A stretch of DNA of 64,000 nucleotides from an uncultured delta proteobacterium (GTDB taxonomy: Bacteria; Desulfobacterota; Binatia; UBA9968): NCBI GenBank assembly GCA_963737905.1, contig CAVTUQ010000002.1, positions 512,001 to 576,000 of the forward strand. The letters are read 5' to 3'. Of the stretch, positions 60,219 through 64,000 are shown piece by piece. Under the pieces are notes generated by a model. That model saw nothing but the letters and a program-made list of their open reading frames with translations. It searched no databases and was not told the DNA's origin. A program made the position numbers and the translations under genes. How positions within the stretch are numbered: the first letter of the stretch is position 1; every line of letters begins with the position of its first letter.

Positions 60219-60450
60219 TGAACGTTTCTCGAGCGACTCTCTGTCTGGCTTTTACGTTTCGATTTTCTTGCTTCGTGCTTCAGTGTTCCGGTGCAAGTGT
60301 TCTTCTGAGTCTATTCGGTTCGACAGCCAGCGAATGAATCCGATCTTTTTGCCGGACAGCGCTTGCGGGCTCTGTGCGTCGGAATACCGATTACGTGGAT
60401 CAACTCGACACTATCTACTCATCTCGTTCGAGGCGACGGTCTCCTTGAAC

Positions 60451-61644
60451 TCACTTCCACAGCTCGCGGGTCGCCAATCGGGCGCCCTCGGCCAGCGCGG
60501 CGAACTTGAGCCAGGCCACGCTGGGATGGGTATCGTTGAACCTCAGGGCGGAGGCGGCAAACCCGCAGTCGGCGCCGGCGATGACGTTCTCGCGCCCGAC
60601 GATCTTGGCGAAGCGCACGATCCGTTCGGCAACCAATTCCGGGTGCTCCACCAGGTTGGTAGTGTGGCTGATCACGCCCGGAATAAGAATCTTCCCGTCG
60701 GGTAGCTTGACCTGCTCGAAGACATGGTATTCGTGTTCGTGGCGCGGGTTCGCCGCTTCGAACGAATAGGCGCCGGCGTTGATCTTCAGCATGATGTCGA
60801 CGATGTCCTTCAGGGCCATTTCGTGGACGCGCGGACCGACATCGATGCTGTAGCAAGTATGGAAACGGACCTTCTCGGGCGAGATGCCGCGTATCGAATC
60901 ATTGATGGCTTCGACCCGCTTTTCCGCCCACTTCCTGCAGTCCTCGACGCTCAAGTCCGGGTTCATCATGTAGTAGCTGACCAGACGCGGATCGTCGATC
61001 TGGAGAATAAATCCGGCGCCGACGATGGCCTTGTACTCTTCGCGTACCGCGTCGGATACGGCCTGCTCGTACTCCTCGTGGGTGCGGTAGTATTCGTTGG
61101 AAAAAGTCGACGCGACGTAGGAAGAAGCGATCGCGGGCATGAAGATTTCCTCGTGGGTTTGGCCCTTCACTGCCGCCTTCAAGTTGTCGATGTCCGCCTG
61201 GACCGCCTCGTGGCCTTTATAACTGACCGGCCCGGTGCAGGTGTCGACGCCTCCCTGCCCGCGCCCTCCGCTTCGTCCGCCAAATGGTTCGGCGATACGC
61301 TCGGACCACGCGTAGTAGTCGGGGAAAGCGCGGTACTCCCGGCCCGCCGCCCGCGGTCTCGGCTCCTTACCCGGAGCGGCCGGCTTGCGCTCGAAGCCGC
61401 TGAATCGCTCGACGATGTAGCCGAAGAAGCTCGCTTTGCTCTGTTCGCCGTCGGTGACGATATCGACGCCCGCTTCGACCTGCTTTTTCACAACGTCCGT
61501 TACCGCCTCGTGCACCAGCCTTGCGAGCTCCTCGCGATCGTAGGGCTGACCGTGTTCCCTCAGTCGAAGAAGCGGGATCAGGGAATCGGCTCGGGCCAGG
61601 CTGCCCACATGGGTCGTGAGAATTCTTTCGGTGCTGCGCTTCAT
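60451..61644 (-). CDS. Cobalamin-independent methionine synthase II / EaCoMT family
   Basis: ILTTHVGSL, HTCYS, EAANPRHEHE, ADCG. Confidence 0.9.
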   Translation of the reverse strand: MKRSTERILTTHVGSLARADSLIPLLRLREHGQPYDREELARLVHEAVTDVVKKQVEAGVDIVTDGEQSKASFFGYIVERFSGFERKPAAPGKEPRPRAAGREYRAFPDYYAWSERIAEPFGGRSGGRGQGGVDTCTGPVSYKGHEAVQADIDNLKAAVKGQTHEEIFMPAIASSYVASTFSNEYYRTHEEYEQAVSDAVREEYKAIVGAGFILQIDDPRLVSYYMMNPDLSVEDCRKWAEKRVEAINDSIRGISPEKVRFHTCYSIDVGPRVHEMALKDIVDIMLKINAGAYSFEAANPRHEHEYHVFEQVKLPDGKILIPGVISHTTNLVEHPELVAERIVRFAKIVGRENVIAGADCGFAASALRFNDTHPSVAWLKFAALAEGARLATRELWK

Positions 61645-61680
61645 CGTTTTATCTCCCTTTGAACGATTGAAACGAACTAC

Positions 61681-62886
61681 TCAATTCCACAGCTTCTTAC
61701 TCGCCAGGGCCGCGCCTTCGCACAGGACGCTGAGCTTTGCCCACGCGATCTGCGGATGTACCCGCCCGCCCAGGCCGCAGTCGGTGCCTGCGATGACGTT
61801 GTCGCGTCCGACGGCGTCGGCGAAGGCGAGAATGCGATCCGCTACCAGCTCCGGGTGCTCGACGACGTTGGTCGCGTGGCTGACGACGCCGGGGATGAGG
61901 ATCTTTCCGGCGGGCAGTTTGACATCTCGCCAGACCTTGTATTCATGCTCGTGACGCCCGTTGCCGGCTTCCACCGAATACGCCCCCGCATTAACCCTGA
62001 GCATGACATCCACGACGTCGCGTAGAGGGATGTCCGTCGTGTGTGGGCCGTGCCAGCTGCCCCAGCAGATGTGATAGCGCACCCGATCCTGTGGGATGCC
62101 CTGGAGCGCGCGATTCAGCATCTCGACGCGCAGGAGCGCGTAATCCTTGTACTCCTCGAGGCTCGGCCGCGGATCCAGCATATCCCAGGCGCCCGGCAGA
62201 CCGGGGTCATCGAGCTGCAGGATGAAGCCGGCGTCTGCGATCGCCCGATATTCCTCGCGCATCGCCGCGGCGATCGCCTCCAGGAATGCCTCGGTCGTCG
62301 GGTAGTAACTGTTCTGATCGCGGCAGAACATCTCCAGGCTACCGGGGGCGATCGAGCTGACGAACGCTTCTTCGACCCCCGCGGTATCGGCGGCTGCTTT
62401 CAAGTTCGCAAGGTGGCGGCGCAGGGTCTCTTGCGCGGTGTAGGCGATTGGGCCGTTGCACGTCGGGCGGCTGGCGGCGGTACTCGGCGCTCCGAGCCCC
62501 GTGTCGGCGTAAAACTCGGCGAACTCCCGCTGCTCCCAGCGCACTCCAACGATGCGCATCGGCGCCCCAGGGGCCGCCGTATCGGGAGCGACGGACTGCG
62601 GAGAGGTCGTACCGAAGCCGGAGACGCGGTCGAAGATGTAAGTTCCCCAGGCGCCGCGGTCCGATGCGGCGCGCATCGGCTTGCCGAACTCTCCATCGTT
62701 CGGAATATCGACGCCTGTCTTCTTCTGAGCGAGCACGATCTCGCCCACGGCGGAGCGCAATCGCGCCTGCAGAGCCGCCTCGTCCTCGGCCGCGTTCGTT
62801 TTCTTCGACCACATTTCACGCAAGTCGGCCGGCCGGGGCAGGCTGCCGGCATGAGTGGTCAGAATACGGTCAGTGCTGCGTCTCAT
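61681..62886 (-). CDS. Cobalamin-independent methionine synthase II / EaCoMT family
   Basis: ILTTHAGSL, HICWGS, EAGNGRHEHE, TDCG. Confidence 0.9.
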   Translation of the reverse strand: MRRSTDRILTTHAGSLPRPADLREMWSKKTNAAEDEAALQARLRSAVGEIVLAQKKTGVDIPNDGEFGKPMRAASDRGAWGTYIFDRVSGFGTTSPQSVAPDTAAPGAPMRIVGVRWEQREFAEFYADTGLGAPSTAASRPTCNGPIAYTAQETLRRHLANLKAAADTAGVEEAFVSSIAPGSLEMFCRDQNSYYPTTEAFLEAIAAAMREEYRAIADAGFILQLDDPGLPGAWDMLDPRPSLEEYKDYALLRVEMLNRALQGIPQDRVRYHICWGSWHGPHTTDIPLRDVVDVMLRVNAGAYSVEAGNGRHEHEYKVWRDVKLPAGKILIPGVVSHATNVVEHPELVADRILAFADAVGRDNVIAGTDCGLGGRVHPQIAWAKLSVLCEGAALASKKLWN

Positions 62887-62909
62887 AGGTCGATGCCTCG
62901 CTTCAGTTG

Positions 62910-62980
62910 GCTTATGGCGTATGGCTTATAGCGTATGGTTCGTATGTCCAACTATATGTCATAAGCTATCAGCCATACGC
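62910..62980. repeat. Heptamer-periodic palindromic element
   Basis: CTTATGG CGTATGG CTTATAG CGTATGG ... CATAAG CTATCAG CCATACG; inverted homolog of 23427-23496. Confidence 0.75.
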
Positions 62981-63298
62981 GATTTCGGGTGCGCGCTTCG
63001 GAGATTTTTTGAGCGGCCTGCAAACTGGGTTTTTTCCGAAACCCGCTTCGGTGAAACCTATCCCCATGGGTCTCGTCATGTCAAATCGCCAACCGGAGAC
63101 AGCTCACTCCGATCACGGCCCTCTCGTCGAATTCGAGCAAACCGGGCCGGCTCAGGGTGGCTCCTTGTCTGACCCGTTGTCAAATCAAATACTCGTGTAA
63201 TCGATTGCGATTGACGACTCGTCCGCTTAGCGATAGCCTGGTCGCGTGAACAGGCGTGTTTAGAACCGAGGAACTAGATTAGCGAGAGGAGAAGGATC

Positions 63299-64000
63299 AT
63301 GGACAATCAAGCAGTAGAGATACACGATGGGCTGAAGCATCCGGTGATCGACGGCGACGGCCATTGGATGGAGCCGATTCCAATCTTTCTCGAATATCTC
63401 AGCGAAGTGGGTGGCGCGAAATTAGTCGATCAAATCAAAGCACTGTGGCGCGGAAGAGACGCATGGTACCGCGCCACTCCAGAGGAGCGTCAGCACAGCC
63501 GCCTGCGTCGCGCCATCTGGTGGGGGGTGACGAGCAATACCTACGACAAGGCGACAGCGTTGCTACCGGCCTTGCTGAACGAGCGGTTGCCTGAATTGGG
63601 CATCGACTTCGCGGTGATCTATCCGAGCTTTGGGCTTACCATCAACGGCATATCCCAGGATGACCTGCACCTGGCTGCATGCCGCGCTTACAACATGATG
63701 ACCGCCGACATGTTTGCGCCGTACAGCGCAAGGTTTGCGCCGGTGGCTATTATTCCCACCCATACACCGGACGAAGCTCTCGAAGAGCTGGAATACGCGG
63801 TCAGGCAGCGTGGTTTCAAAGCGATCATGCTGCGGGGAAATCAGGAGAGGCCGATCCCCAGCGCGGCGGAGGGCATCGATCGGCAGAAGGCCGCCTGGTA
63901 CTGCGATACCATCGCTCTCGATAGTCCCTACGACTATGAGGCGCTCTGGAAGCGGTGCGCCGAACTCGGGGTGGCCGTAACGCAACATTCAGGCAGCGGC
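63299..64000 (+). CDS. Amidohydrolase_2 family protein, 3'-partial (absent from the ORF track)
   Basis: MDNQAVEIHDGLKHPVIDGDGHWMEP..., IYPS, CRAYN, PVAIIP.HTP.EA..EL, VTQHSGS; runs off the window edge. Confidence 0.88.
   Translation, partial: MDNQAVEIHDGLKHPVIDGDGHWMEPIPIFLEYLSEVGGAKLVDQIKALWRGRDAWYRATPEERQHSRLRRAIWWGVTSNTYDKATALLPALLNERLPELGIDFAVIYPSFGLTINGISQDDLHLAACRAYNMMTADMFAPYSARFAPVAIIPTHTPDEALEELEYAVRQRGFKAIMLRGNQERPIPSAAEGIDRQKAAWYCDTIALDSPYDYEALWKRCAELGVAVTQHSGSG

Noticed and set aside
63155-63164. attR copy of the tRNA-Thr 3' end (GGGTGGCTCC)
   Set aside because: Only 10 bp match and no integrase, so compatible with chance.

Overview
A GC-rich bacterial chromosomal segment. Its gene content (several NMT1/TauA-type binding proteins, amidohydrolases, MetE-like proteins, cupins) suggests a Binatia/Deltaproteobacteria-like metagenomic contig; this is an inference. 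Left to right: (1) a frameshift-split, actinobacterial-looking polA with Tyr at the E. coli F762 position, next to an ART-fold-like ORF; (2) a ~6 kb decayed zone (4.3-10.2 kb) with a head-to-head deletion scar, toxin-antitoxin remnants, an unannotated hsdR fragment and a triplicated promoter module; (3) the best candidate for an undescribed system, a MarR-linked operon of Fe-S oxidoreductase, nucleoside phosphorylase, double-domain MtnA-like isomerase, class II aldolase-SCP2 fusion and acyl-CoA ligase, followed by a PPTase; (4) housekeeping genes (dac, holA, TPP riboswitch-thiSGE, tRNA-Thr); (5) a catabolic cluster of cupin dioxygenase, heme-oxygenase-like diiron protein, a Mo-hydroxylase lacking the catalytic Glu and a cyclodeaminase; (6) LPS-modification genes, vapBC and treZ; (7) amidohydrolases, GGT and three tandem MetE-C-terminal/EaCoMT-like genes. 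Several families of dispersed intergenic REP/MITE-like repeats occur. Many single-base frameshifts may be long-read errors. No CRISPR array, rRNA, integrase or transposase was seen. All family assignments come from motif recognition by eye; no database search was run.
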